DNA of 64,000 nt, taken from assembly GCA_965261615.1 (NCBI GenBank), contig OZ253461.1, positions 313,223-377,222 on the forward strand, written 5' to 3'. Made by a program: the position numbers and the translations under genes. A model generated the notes under the pieces. That model did not search any database. It worked only from the letters and a program-made list of their open reading frames with translations, and had not been told where the DNA came from. This stretch comes from Alphaproteobacteria bacterium (GTDB lineage Bacteria; Pseudomonadota; Alphaproteobacteria; Bin98). Below, in pieces: positions 48,738 to 58,315 of the stretch (position 1 is the first letter of the stretch; every line of letters starts with the position of its first letter).

Positions 48738-48760
48738 GCCGTGCTTTTGTGAAGCACGGC
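48738..48760. terminator. Second copy of the conserved hairpin, 3' of the 48784–49656 gene
   Basis: Same stem; about 50 bp of conserved flanking sequence (gtgacgcagccgtgcttttgYgaagcacggcg-atggtc). Confidence 0.35.
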
Positions 48761-48783
48761 GTATGGTCGTCGCTCAGGTGGGG

Positions 48784-49656
48784 TTATACCTCAGTTCCCT
48801 CATCGTTGAATTCTCTGGGTGTCTCCGCAGGGGTCTCTTCGATTTGCTCTAGGGTTTCTAGGAGCTGTTGACGTACCCCTTTATAGCGTTCAGGATGCGG
48901 CGTGGTGCCGTTAGGGTCTAGGTCAATGCATACAAAACTCAGGGGGAGATCAGCGCCACTGTATATAAGACTTAGGGGGATATTAATGATACTTGGCGGG
49001 AGCAACGGGATGGTGACATATACAATTTTATCACCAGTATATAAACGTTCTTTAGCCAATCCTAAGCTTGCTGGCGTCCATTCTTTAGGGAACCATAGGG
49101 GTGCTGCTCCTTCACACACAGCCTTGCTGTTCGGGATTTTGTCGAAATCTGATTTTTCCAAAAGAAACAGTGGGACACGTAACTCTACGGGCATGTTAAG
49201 GTTGTTTGTGTCCCATGAAAGGCGTGGAATGCAGAGGCTGTCTTTAAATGTTCGTCTGTGCTTTTTCGCGCCGTCCGCGTGCTTTTTCAATGGTTTGCGC
49301 AGATGCTGTGCTATTTTGCCGTTTTTAAAGAGCTCTGCTTGTGAAGTGTGGTGAGTAATGGGGGAAGTGTCGCGGCAATCGTGCTCTTTAGTCGCTTCCA
49401 ATGCTGCTTCAAATGCAGCAGCACACTCTTTCAGCTCTTCTTCCCCTTTGGATAGAAAGCATTGAAGATGTTTTCTTATTGGGTGCCAGTGTGTAGAGTG
49501 TCGATTTTGACTAACTGCTATGGAGAGTGCGCGTATGATTCGTGGCGTTGTTTCTAAATTTTCTGCCATCTCCTCCAGAGTCCAGTCACTCCAATTTTGT
49601 GTGGATGAGAATAGGGGTGGTATAAATAACAGTAATAATATTAACATTAAAGACAC
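48784..49656 (-). CDS. Secreted protein (290 aa), family A paralog
   Basis: Signal peptide. 'RHSTHWHPIRKHLQ' and 'CEGAAPLWFPKEW...GDKIVYVTIP...TTPHPERY' match the 42946–43935 ORF. Confidence 0.8.
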   Translation of the reverse strand: MSLMLILLLLFIPPLFSSTQNWSDWTLEEMAENLETTPRIIRALSIAVSQNRHSTHWHPIRKHLQCFLSKGEEELKECAAAFEAALEATKEHDCRDTSPITHHTSQAELFKNGKIAQHLRKPLKKHADGAKKHRRTFKDSLCIPRLSWDTNNLNMPVELRVPLFLLEKSDFDKIPNSKAVCEGAAPLWFPKEWTPASLGLAKERLYTGDKIVYVTIPLLPPSIINIPLSLIYSGADLPLSFVCIDLDPNGTTPHPERYKGVRQQLLETLEQIEETPAETPREFNDEGTEV

Positions 49657-49668
49657 TCTAGCATGAGT

Positions 49669-50574
49669 TTACCGTGAGATCAAGGGCCCTCCTTCTAATG
49701 GGAGAGGGAGCGAAGTGCATATTTGGGCATATTCCTCGAGGGCTTCTTGAAAAATCACGCAGAATGTATGATCCTTTGGGATCTGTTTGGAGGTTTTTGT
49801 TTCTAGGCGTGTGTAGCTTAAGGGTTTGCCTGTGTCTGTTGGGATGTGTATGAGCACGCAGTGAGCCCCTTGGTCAGCTGTGGCTTTAAGACGAGCTCTT
49901 GTGATGAAATAAGGAGGAGAGCTGGAGGTTATGGGCAGTGAGTCGGAGTGGACACAAGGTGAGCTTTGTTTGTTTTGCGCAATGGTGGAGCCTTTTTCCC
50001 AAATATATAGGGGAATGGTATGCTGTTTTATGTTTGATCCAAATCCGTGGGAGATATCACGGCAGGCGGCTAAAGTGCAGAGATCTTCTGGCCAAAGAGG
50101 GAGCAAAATGTTTTGAGGCTGGCCTGTATTGTGTGTTTTGACTAACCTTATAAACTGTTTGCTAACTTTCCCGTTTTTGATGAATGATTCAGTCGGGAAA
50201 GATTGGGCCATCTTGAGGATGTCTTCCGAGGCGGCATGGGTTGTTTTTGCTTGAAAAATAGGGGCTAACTTCTCAAATGATCGCTGGTGCTGACTCAGGA
50301 GTGTTTGAAGAGCGTCTGTTGCATATGGCCAATGTGGGTCTTTACGTTCTTGAGCAATTAATTTCGGGTATGTGTGGATGGCATCTATGAGGCGAGATAG
50401 CGTGTAGGCTTGTTGTTCAAGCGTCATACGGTGACAGTGTGCTACAAAAACGTCTTCAATTTTAGTCTGAGTCTCGAGAGCGTGAGGGTGCATTGCTGCA
50501 TCTGAGTTGTCGTGGCGGGCTTGAGCGGCCATAAGGGCTGTGGCATATAGCGATAACAATGTGAGTGCAAACAT
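49669..50574 (-). CDS. Secreted protein (301 aa), family B paralog
   Basis: Signal peptide. Same order and orientation relative to its family A neighbour as the 43974–44843 ORF. Confidence 0.7.
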   Translation of the reverse strand: MFALTLLSLYATALMAAQARHDNSDAAMHPHALETQTKIEDVFVAHCHRMTLEQQAYTLSRLIDAIHTYPKLIAQERKDPHWPYATDALQTLLSQHQRSFEKLAPIFQAKTTHAASEDILKMAQSFPTESFIKNGKVSKQFIRLVKTHNTGQPQNILLPLWPEDLCTLAACRDISHGFGSNIKQHTIPLYIWEKGSTIAQNKQSSPCVHSDSLPITSSSPPYFITRARLKATADQGAHCVLIHIPTDTGKPLSYTRLETKTSKQIPKDHTFCVIFQEALEEYAQICTSLPLPLEGGPLISR

Positions 50575-50699
50575 GCATCAGGTTACTGCGGAATGTGAGG
50601 ATTGTCAATAGCAGGGTGGCTGAAGAATGTTGATAACTGCGTATGAGATTTGACTGCGGTTATTGCTGCATTTTGTTAAGGTAATGAGCAGAGCTGTAT

Positions 50700-51104
50700 T
50701 TGTTGCATTTAGAAAACCTCTGGGCTAAAATGCTTTATATACAAGTGTCACATATGCACAAGGGTCAGGAGGTTGTGGCCAGGTGTATTTGGCCTGAAAT
50801 ACAAAAAAAGCGCTTAAATAATGTGGAACCATTGCTGCAGTATTTGAAGTTTTTAATATTACAAGAGGGATTATCCGATTCGTATGCAAAGAGCGAGATC
50901 GATGAGGTGTCTAAATATTTGTATGCGCTTAGAGGGCAAAGGGCAGCAGAAAGCTTTTTGCGTGGGCATTGTGCCGGCTGTAGCAAAGAAAGTCAGCGAT
51001 CTTTACGCAATTATGCCAGCGCTGCGCTTCAGAAAGGGTATGGGGATCGTTTTTTGACAGAGACGCCTTTGCCAAGCTGTTTGAGTTTGGACGATGTTTG
51101 TTAA
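50700..51104 (+). pseudogene. 3' fragment (C-module only) of an 855-type family gene
   Basis: 'QEVVARCIWPEIQKKRLNNVEPLLQYLKFLILQEGLSDSYAKSEIDEVSKYLYALRGQRAAESFLRGHCAGCS' matches the last roughly 110 aa of the 24899 and 34147 genes. No signal peptide or N-domain. Homology starts about 50757, directly abutting the minus-strand block. Confidence 0.7.
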
Positions 51105-51134
51105 AAAAGCGGGGTTTTGACAATTTGGAGAGAG

Positions 51135-52886
51135 ATGGTGCTGTATTTAATCACATTAAGTTTAGCTGTTGTTGCGGCAAATCTAGTCGACATCCGTGCT
51201 GAGTGGGAGCTCTTACACGAGTCGATTCGCCAAAGTATGCCAAGTGGCACAACCTTGGTTAGGTGTGTAGAGGAATACAGAGAGCAAAGATGGTGGTGCA
51301 CGCCTAAGCTGGCGATAGCAGCCGCAGGGATGTCTGAGGCTGCAATTGCAGACAATAGGCTGTGCTATGATTTTGTAAGACACTGTCAGGCAATATATAT
51401 TAGCCGAGCAAAGATGTCTTTATCAATATTTGAGCCTGTGGCAGAATTTATCTTAAAGAGCAAACAGCCAGTGTGTAGTGCCATAAGTGGCGTGTACTGG
51501 AGGGTGCGGCAGTTAAGCGAATATCATATGGGAAGTTCGTTGCCTTGGAAGAATCGGCCTAAGATGAGAGAGCTGCGGGACTTGGTTGATGGAATGCGTA
51601 AGTTGGAGGCTGCAAAGGCGCAAGATAATGAAAGGTTTCATTTTGGAGGTTTGATTGCGGGCTGTAATGTGGATAAAATTTGGGAGGAGTTCATAGAGGT
51701 GCGGGGGCCCACTCGAGGCTGGAAAGGTTGTTTTTCAGATTTTTGTGAATTGGCGGCCTTAATGGAAAAAGTAAATGCTGATCAGAGCTGTGTGGTGAAT
51801 TTTTATCTTGAACATGTTGATTCAATTGTGCGAGAGAACATGAGACGCTTTGGGGAGGAAAGGGTGGTGGCCTTTGAGAAAAAAAGTACCGCATATAGTT
51901 TTTTCTATGGCCAAAATGTAGATGATGTGATTTGTTTGCTTGTGGCAGGTGAGCGTGTTTTGACTGAAGAGTGTAAGGGACGTTTGTATCGGTATCTGAG
52001 ATATTTAGACTGGAGGGGCCAAGTGAATTGGTGGGACTTTAAGTTGGGGCTGCTGCGTAGTGGTTTGGGTGACAGCAAAGAGGCCGGTGAAATGTTTTGT
52101 TGGATCAAATCTAAGCTTATGGAAGAGGGGGGTGATTTAGCCAAAGCTCTTCAGCATATGGGAAAACTAGAGAATTTGGGTGAGCAAAACATCAAGCGTG
52201 ACACCATTGATGATCTGCTTGAGTGGCTGCACCAAGGGAGAGAGGGGGCCTCTTCTTTATGGAAAGGTGGAGGTCGCGTGAGAAATGTGAAAAAGCATAT
52301 GATTCATGCAATGGTCCAAGGTTTAGAGAGGTTATCCTCAAACAAAACCGAAGGTTTTTATAACTTCGTGGTGCAGAGTTTGCCCAGAAGAGGTGTCTTG
52401 TGGCGACATGAGGTGACGCATGACTTGGGGGAGGGGCTGTACAAAAATGTGATAGAGGGGCGCAACGCCCTGCAATTTATGGCGGAGATATTGAATTCGG
52501 GCGAGAGAAGCGGGTGCCTAGAAGCGCGCGCAAGATCTGTAAGAAATGCTGGCTCATATTTAAAATACTTGTCGCCCCAGCTGTCTATGGCGGATTTGTT
52601 TTGCATGTTGGCGCAAGTGCCTGATCAGGCAGGTGGCAGCTTTGTTGTTGTGGATCTGGTTTGGAGTGCCATTAACGCCAGGGCGGGACGTTGTGAGAAT
52701 AGTGCGCTGTGGTATTTAGATTTTGTGCTGTCGAATGCAGAGCTCGATCAGGTGTATCTGCAGAAGGAGGTTCAAGCAGTGCGTGATTACTTGCGAGCGT
52801 GTGGGTGTGATGTCGTGGCGCTTTGTGCCCGTGGTGTAGATTTAGACGCTATGCCGTTGGGCAAAATAGTGAGTGCGCCACAATAG
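51135..52886 (+). CDS. Secreted family protein (about 583 aa), 609-type
   Basis: RBS GGAGAGAG. Signal MVLYLITLSLAVVAAN. 'WWCTPKLAIAAAGM...YDFVRHCQA...FEPV...PVCSAI', 'YLDWRGQVNWWDFKLGLLRSG', 'FYNFVVQSLP' and C-module. Confidence 0.9.
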   Translation: MVLYLITLSLAVVAANLVDIRAEWELLHESIRQSMPSGTTLVRCVEEYREQRWWCTPKLAIAAAGMSEAAIADNRLCYDFVRHCQAIYISRAKMSLSIFEPVAEFILKSKQPVCSAISGVYWRVRQLSEYHMGSSLPWKNRPKMRELRDLVDGMRKLEAAKAQDNERFHFGGLIAGCNVDKIWEEFIEVRGPTRGWKGCFSDFCELAALMEKVNADQSCVVNFYLEHVDSIVRENMRRFGEERVVAFEKKSTAYSFFYGQNVDDVICLLVAGERVLTEECKGRLYRYLRYLDWRGQVNWWDFKLGLLRSGLGDSKEAGEMFCWIKSKLMEEGGDLAKALQHMGKLENLGEQNIKRDTIDDLLEWLHQGREGASSLWKGGGRVRNVKKHMIHAMVQGLERLSSNKTEGFYNFVVQSLPRRGVLWRHEVTHDLGEGLYKNVIEGRNALQFMAEILNSGERSGCLEARARSVRNAGSYLKYLSPQLSMADLFCMLAQVPDQAGGSFVVVDLVWSAINARAGRCENSALWYLDFVLSNAELDQVYLQKEVQAVRDYLRACGCDVVALCARGVDLDAMPLGKIVSAPQ

Positions 52887-53025
52887 TGATGAATTTTTTT
52901 TTGAATGGGAAATCTAATGTCTGTTTGTGTTGAGTTTGTCAAAGTATTGCGATACAATGTATGGCGCTGGTTTGCACATTGATGAGAATGATGAAGGTGC
53001 GGCCTCTAGCTGGCAGGTGGATGAA

Positions 53026-55146
53026 ATGAGATTTATTTTAGTGATTTTAGGTTTAAGCTGTGTTGCAGCAGAAATGAGCGATGATCCAAGAGTTGAGCTA
53101 AGCGTTGAGGCTGACTCTGCGAAACATTGTGTAAATATAGATATAATGCAGTGCGTAAGCGCGTATGCGATTTTGCGCAATAGTTTGTGGGACGAGCAGG
53201 TGAAGGAGTCTCTCGATTGTGACTTTGCTCATCTGACAACGGAATCTGCGCTGGCTGACGCTAAATCTGCTGACGCTAAATCTGCTGATACTGAATCTGA
53301 CGTTGAAGTGGTGTGGCATCAGCGGGTCGCTATCCAGGAAATAGATGACTTTCTAAGAACAGCAGAGAGTAAAGTTGGCAAGAGGAGCATGGGTTTTTTT
53401 GGTGTGGCTGTGAGTCTGTTGCCATTTGTAGGCTCTGGTAATGTGGTGGACTTGCGGGAGGATTCGCTCTATAGGAAGTTGGTAGTGGGAGAGGATGTGC
53501 TCTCGCGTTTTGATGAAATTATTAACTCATCCGGAGGGGTGAAGATTACACTGGAAGCTGAGAGGGTTTCTGAAGCCTATGCGCGTTATTTGTCAACGAA
53601 TTTTGGGGAGGAGTATTTGTTTGAAAAGTTAGAGTTAATCCCAGATATGGAGCTTATTGGTATGCCGACAAGAGGGGCCATAAACTCTTTCATTTGGGGT
53701 GCGCTAATTGCAAAGGGCGTTCAAAGTGTGCGTTCTTTGCTTTCATATTTAAAATGTGTGTTGCTGCGCCCTTCTTTTGTGTGGAATCCTTCAGACAAAG
53801 AAATAGATCGAATTTGTGAATGCTTAATTCGCCTCGGTAAAAAAAAGGTGGGACGCGATTTTTTAGAGTTTGGGCAAGATGTTATGGCGACACCGTCGGT
53901 TGCATCACGGGGATTTTGGCAATATGCACAAAATCGCTTACAACCCTCTTTGTGGGATTGTGTGGTTGATGGGCTGCCAGGGCATGGATATTTAAAAGGG
54001 CCTGCGAAACAAGATCCGGACGAGGAAACAGCTTATGCTTACTTATGGTCAGTTGAGGAGCCCAGTGTGGGTGAGGTAGGTGGTGACGCCGCTATAGTCA
54101 GTACGCCGATACGAGACGACAACTTGGTTTTGTGTGATGTTATTCAGATGAATATGGCGTACAATGCTTTGATGCAAAAATGCTCTGAACACGTTGACAG
54201 CACAAAGTTTGTCTTTCTTAAGAAGGCATTGTATATTGATGAAGATATTTTGGTTAATGCGCCAGGAGTATGTTTTAAAAAAATGAGTGCAATCAAGATT
54301 GATGAATTTATTATGCTTCTTTCTGATCGGTTCCCGGAGCGGCCGGCAGCTTTTTGGAATTTTGTAGTGCGATGTCTCCCAGGTGGTGACGCTCCTTTTC
54401 AAACAGACTGGTGCCATCGATTGCCTTCGGGATCTTTGTTGAAAGAGCTAGTAGACGGAAACAATGTACTTTCTTTAGTCCACACAATGCTTTTGGCTGG
54501 TAAAAAAGAAACCAAAGGAACTGCGAAAGAGCAATCAGCGGCAATGTATTTAAAGTATTTATCTCCTCGGTTTCCCGAACAGTGTTGGTTCCGGCTTCTA
54601 GAGCGAGACCTTGATGTGAAAGCGCGTGATGTAACGCCACACCTCCTTTGGGATGTGTTGAAGGCAAAAGGTGTTTCCGATGTGAGCTGCTTACTGTCGT
54701 ACTTAAAGCATGTTATACTTCACCCAACGCTAGACGCAGTAGAGTCAAAGAATGAGATCCTACAAACTCTTGGGTGCTTATATTCTTTAGGTAAAAAAGC
54801 AGTAGCCCGAGAGTTTTTAGGAGTGGGGGTTACATACTTTGAGCGGCTTGTTGAAAACAACCCCTCCATGTTTGAAAAAGATGCGTCTATCGTTGAAAAT
54901 GACAAACCCGAATTTGACGATCTGTTTAGCCTTGGAGCAGGTTCACTCGACTTTGAAGAAGATTCATTGCCAGCGCCTCCTAGTCTTGCAAATCGGCTAC
55001 TTAAGGGTGTATCTTTAAAACGTCTTATAAATGATCGATTTGCTGTAGCGTTCAAAAGTGTGGCGCCTTCTCCGTGGGATTTAGTTCAAAGAGTTTTGTC
55101 TCCTGAAGTAGAGGATTATGGATATTTGTGGGGTTTGAAGTGTTGA
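53026..55146 (+). CDS. Secreted family protein (about 706 aa), double-C-module subfamily
   Basis: -10 TACAAT (52953–52958). RBS AGGTGGA (53014–53020). Signal MRFILVILGLSCVAAE. Two 'FxxFVVRCLP ... LSYLK(C/H)V(L/I)L ... (D/E)FL' units. Confidence 0.85.
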   Translation: MRFILVILGLSCVAAEMSDDPRVELSVEADSAKHCVNIDIMQCVSAYAILRNSLWDEQVKESLDCDFAHLTTESALADAKSADAKSADTESDVEVVWHQRVAIQEIDDFLRTAESKVGKRSMGFFGVAVSLLPFVGSGNVVDLREDSLYRKLVVGEDVLSRFDEIINSSGGVKITLEAERVSEAYARYLSTNFGEEYLFEKLELIPDMELIGMPTRGAINSFIWGALIAKGVQSVRSLLSYLKCVLLRPSFVWNPSDKEIDRICECLIRLGKKKVGRDFLEFGQDVMATPSVASRGFWQYAQNRLQPSLWDCVVDGLPGHGYLKGPAKQDPDEETAYAYLWSVEEPSVGEVGGDAAIVSTPIRDDNLVLCDVIQMNMAYNALMQKCSEHVDSTKFVFLKKALYIDEDILVNAPGVCFKKMSAIKIDEFIMLLSDRFPERPAAFWNFVVRCLPGGDAPFQTDWCHRLPSGSLLKELVDGNNVLSLVHTMLLAGKKETKGTAKEQSAAMYLKYLSPRFPEQCWFRLLERDLDVKARDVTPHLLWDVLKAKGVSDVSCLLSYLKHVILHPTLDAVESKNEILQTLGCLYSLGKKAVAREFLGVGVTYFERLVENNPSMFEKDASIVENDKPEFDDLFSLGAGSLDFEEDSLPAPPSLANRLLKGVSLKRLINDRFAVAFKSVAPSPWDLVQRVLSPEVEDYGYLWGLKC

Positions 55147-55239
55147 GAAAACAATGGCAAGAGTTGTGGTGAGGTTTGGATGCTGTTAATGACGCCTTTT
55201 AGAGGGTGTGGTATGACGTTTCATGTTTAAGAGGTTTTT

Positions 55240-57153
55240 ATGTTTTGTGTTTTATTTATTTGGGGCTTAAGCTGTGTGGCCGCAGAGAGGGGGGGTGATC
55301 CGAGCTCAGTGACTTCTTGCCCTGCACCTTGCGTAGAGATAGATGTGCTGAAGGTTGGTTACGCGTGTAGAGCAATAAAAAACACTATAGAACCAAGAGA
55401 TCGGCATGAGATCAAGCAGCAGTTTTTTGGCCTTATACATGACGAGCCTTTTAGTGGTAAGAGCATAAAACTTGATCCTGAAGTGGTGTGGCTTAAGAAA
55501 GTGGACATGCTTCAGATGGATGATTTTATACAAAATGTGGGGAAGAAAGTCGGCAAGAAGAGTGTGGATTTTTTTGACTTTGTGGTGCGGTGTTTGCCAG
55601 CATCAGCCTCTGAGAACTCTATTGGTCCTGGGTTCTTGAGGAATGACTCTCTCTATATGAAGTTGATAGAGGGGCTCAATATGTTAGACCTTCTTGTTGA
55701 TATACTTCACTCCGAAAAGAGAAAGTATGGTGGGGACGTGTCTCGGGATGTGGCGGCAGCCTATTTGCGCTATATATTCCCGAAGTTTGATGAGCGGTGG
55801 TGGTTTAAGAAGCTAGAGCTTATTCCAGGCATGAAAGTTGTGCGTGCAACCAAAAACACTCTGAAAGATCTTATTTGGGAGGCGCTAAAGGCAAACGGTA
55901 TTACATGTGTGCGTTCCGCTTTGTCATATTTGCATTTTGTGATAACAAGCGGAGCTTTAAACGCAGTTGCTGACTGTCCAGAAGCAGAAATAGGTAAGGT
56001 GTGTGATAGTGTGAGGGTGATTGGCAAACGCCAGGTGGCGCTAGATTTTTTGCTGGCAGGGAGTAAAGCCTCTCTTCCCTCGCCGGTGGCAAGGGGGCTG
56101 CTCCGGTATGCGTGCGAAAAGTTACAGCCATCTTTATGGGAATCCACGTGTGAGATGGTGTCAGACTATGTATACTTTGGTAGCGAAAATCCTTTAACAG
56201 ATAAGGATGAAGAAAGCGCTTATGCGCAGCTGTGGGCAGGGTTGGCTGCTGATATGGATGAAGACTTCACAGAAGTGAGCTTGCCGAAAGCCGGGGATGG
56301 ATTGGTTTTATGTAATGTGCTTCAGATGCGTAGGTCGTACAAGGCTTTAATGCAAGATATTACTGTGCCAGTCGACCGTGCTATTACTGTGCTTGAGAGA
56401 TACTTATATCTTAATGAGGCTGCATCTTCCTCTATAGGTACGCAAGGGGTTTGTTTTGAAAAAATTAGCGTTTTTAAGTTGGCCGAACTGATTGAAAGAC
56501 TTGATCATCTTTTGCCGAAGCGAACAGCAGTGTTTTATGACTTTCTTGTCCAATCTCTGCCAGGGGGAGATTGGTCGACTCAACAAGAGAGCGTTGTTTT
56601 GCTGGGCAAAGAGACGTTATACAGAGAGTTTGTTGAAGGCACTGACGTTTTGCCGTTTGTGCATCAAATGCTTCGTGCTGATAAGCGCAAGCGTGGGTTG
56701 GTGCCGCAATTTCGATCAGCAGAGGCGTATGTACAGCATTTATCCCCTAGGTTTTCAGAGGAGACTTGGTTTCAGCTTCTAGAGCGGGATTTGTATAGTT
56801 CCGTGAGAGATTCAACTCCTGACTTGATTTGGGGGGTTCTAGAACAAAAAGGCGTCACTAGATTGGTGTGTTTGCTGTCCTATTTAAAGCATGTAATTCT
56901 TATCTCAAAACTCAATCTTCCAAATACGATTGAGGAGGTGAAGCAAGTTAAAGTCCATGTCGGGAGATTGGGAAAAATAACAGTGACTCGAAATTTTTTA
57001 TTGGCGGGCTGTTCATACGTTACCGCTGGTACTGCAGCGTTTAAGCTTAAAGAGGCGCTAAATGTATTTGAGTGGACGTCGTGGGATTCGTTGGCGGAAA
57101 CCTTGTCTCGAGAGAACTTTGATTATGGGTATTTGTGGAGTGCAGGTCTCTGA
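55240..57153 (+). CDS. Secreted family protein (637 aa), double-C-module subfamily
   Basis: RBS AAGAGG. Signal MFCVLFIWGLSCVAAE. Architecture and motifs parallel the 53026 gene ('FFDFVVRCLP', 'LSYLHFVITSG', 'FYDFLVQSLP', 'LSYLKHVILIS'). Confidence 0.85.
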   Translation: MFCVLFIWGLSCVAAERGGDPSSVTSCPAPCVEIDVLKVGYACRAIKNTIEPRDRHEIKQQFFGLIHDEPFSGKSIKLDPEVVWLKKVDMLQMDDFIQNVGKKVGKKSVDFFDFVVRCLPASASENSIGPGFLRNDSLYMKLIEGLNMLDLLVDILHSEKRKYGGDVSRDVAAAYLRYIFPKFDERWWFKKLELIPGMKVVRATKNTLKDLIWEALKANGITCVRSALSYLHFVITSGALNAVADCPEAEIGKVCDSVRVIGKRQVALDFLLAGSKASLPSPVARGLLRYACEKLQPSLWESTCEMVSDYVYFGSENPLTDKDEESAYAQLWAGLAADMDEDFTEVSLPKAGDGLVLCNVLQMRRSYKALMQDITVPVDRAITVLERYLYLNEAASSSIGTQGVCFEKISVFKLAELIERLDHLLPKRTAVFYDFLVQSLPGGDWSTQQESVVLLGKETLYREFVEGTDVLPFVHQMLRADKRKRGLVPQFRSAEAYVQHLSPRFSEETWFQLLERDLYSSVRDSTPDLIWGVLEQKGVTRLVCLLSYLKHVILISKLNLPNTIEEVKQVKVHVGRLGKITVTRNFLLAGCSYVTAGTAAFKLKEALNVFEWTSWDSLAETLSRENFDYGYLWSAGL

Positions 57154-57243
57154 TTGCGCTCATAAAATCGCTTTGAATTAATGCTTTTGTTGGCCACTTG
57201 TGAATTTGAAGCAATGTGGTATAATATGTTCTAAGGGGTGCTA

Positions 57244-58125
57244 ATGCTTTACATTCTAATTATTTGCGGATTAAGCTGTTGGGCTTCTAATGTAGAAGAA
57301 ACTCTGCCGAATGACGCTGCATTTTCAAGGATAAAATCGGCAATTGAGAGGAGCCGCTCTCCGTATGAGACTTTAGAGTACGCCGTAAGTCGGTATATGA
57401 TGGGGGGATGGGAATGTCCATTATTGCTGGCAATAGATGCAGCGGATGTGTCTGAAAAAACGTTGCAGTCTCCGGCATCAAGGCTGCGTGTTTTTGTACG
57501 GCACTGCCAGGGTGCGTTTTTGGCAAAGGCCAGGGCTTCTTTAGGGGTTTTTCAACCTGTGGCAAAACCTATACAAAATATCAACACGCCGGCCTGCAAT
57601 GCTGTGAAAGCAGTTTATCAAAAAGTGCAGCAGTTAAGCCTCCTTCCTGAATTTCGTAAAGAGGCGGCGAAAACTTGGTCGCGCCTAAGTGATATTCGAA
57701 AAACGAGCAAGTTGATTGCAGCGTTAGGTAAGGTGGACAGGGCTGCTCATGAAAACGTAAAAGCCTTTACATTTCCAGGGGAAGTGTCAGGATGTAGCAT
57801 GGATGACGTTTGGGCAGATATTGTAATGCTGGGGGCGTGGCCAACACCCACTCTAGATGAGTTTATTGCAATAGTGAACTTCCTCGAAGGGAGGGGCACG
57901 GACCCTCAACGTCTAGCTAAGTACTGTGTAGATTTAGCCGGCAATTTTTGTGATGACAAAAAGATAGGCAGTGTGTTGGAAAAGATCAGTAAAGGCTCTG
58001 TGGCTTATAAATTTCTCTCAGGAAAGGGCGTGGACCATTTTTCTGGACTATTGCATAATGTACATGGGAAGAGGCATGCGCAAAAGCAAGTGATGGGGGC
58101 ACTGGAAGAAACAACCCCACTTTAA
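57244..58125 (+). CDS. Short family protein (about 294 aa) comprising only the signal peptide and N-domain
   Basis: Extended -10 TGgTATAAT (57217–57225). RBS AAGGGGTG. Signal 'IICGLSCWASN'. 'WECPLLLAIDAADV ... FVRHCQG ... FQPV ... PACNAV ... VYQKV ... FPGEVSGCSMDDVW'. No NWW, FVVQ or C-modules. Confidence 0.8.
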   Translation: MLYILIICGLSCWASNVEETLPNDAAFSRIKSAIERSRSPYETLEYAVSRYMMGGWECPLLLAIDAADVSEKTLQSPASRLRVFVRHCQGAFLAKARASLGVFQPVAKPIQNINTPACNAVKAVYQKVQQLSLLPEFRKEAAKTWSRLSDIRKTSKLIAALGKVDRAAHENVKAFTFPGEVSGCSMDDVWADIVMLGAWPTPTLDEFIAIVNFLEGRGTDPQRLAKYCVDLAGNFCDDKKIGSVLEKISKGSVAYKFLSGKGVDHFSGLLHNVHGKRHAQKQVMGALEETTPL

Positions 58126-58315
58126 TGTTTTGGTGGTGTGGGAGTGTATCCTAAGGGAGCTATATGGTAGACTCTGCTCTCTTTGCGTGGTAAAATCCAT
58201 AAAGTAAGTTTGATGATGAGATGGCTGTTAGCCCTTAATATTGAGTCTGAAGTTGTGAGTGTTGAGGATCCAGCGGGCAAGCCTTTTGCGGTGACTGTGG
58301 ATCATTTGGTTCTGT

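Noticed and set aside
42882-48760. Calling the two conserved hairpins rho-independent terminators outright.
   Set aside because: There is no U-tract on either strand. They are kept as low-confidence 'terminator-like' structural elements only.
51117-51122. Perfect TTGACA hexamer just upstream of the 51135 gene start.
   Set aside because: No -10 follows at 16–19 bp. It overlaps the RBS region and is likely coincidental.
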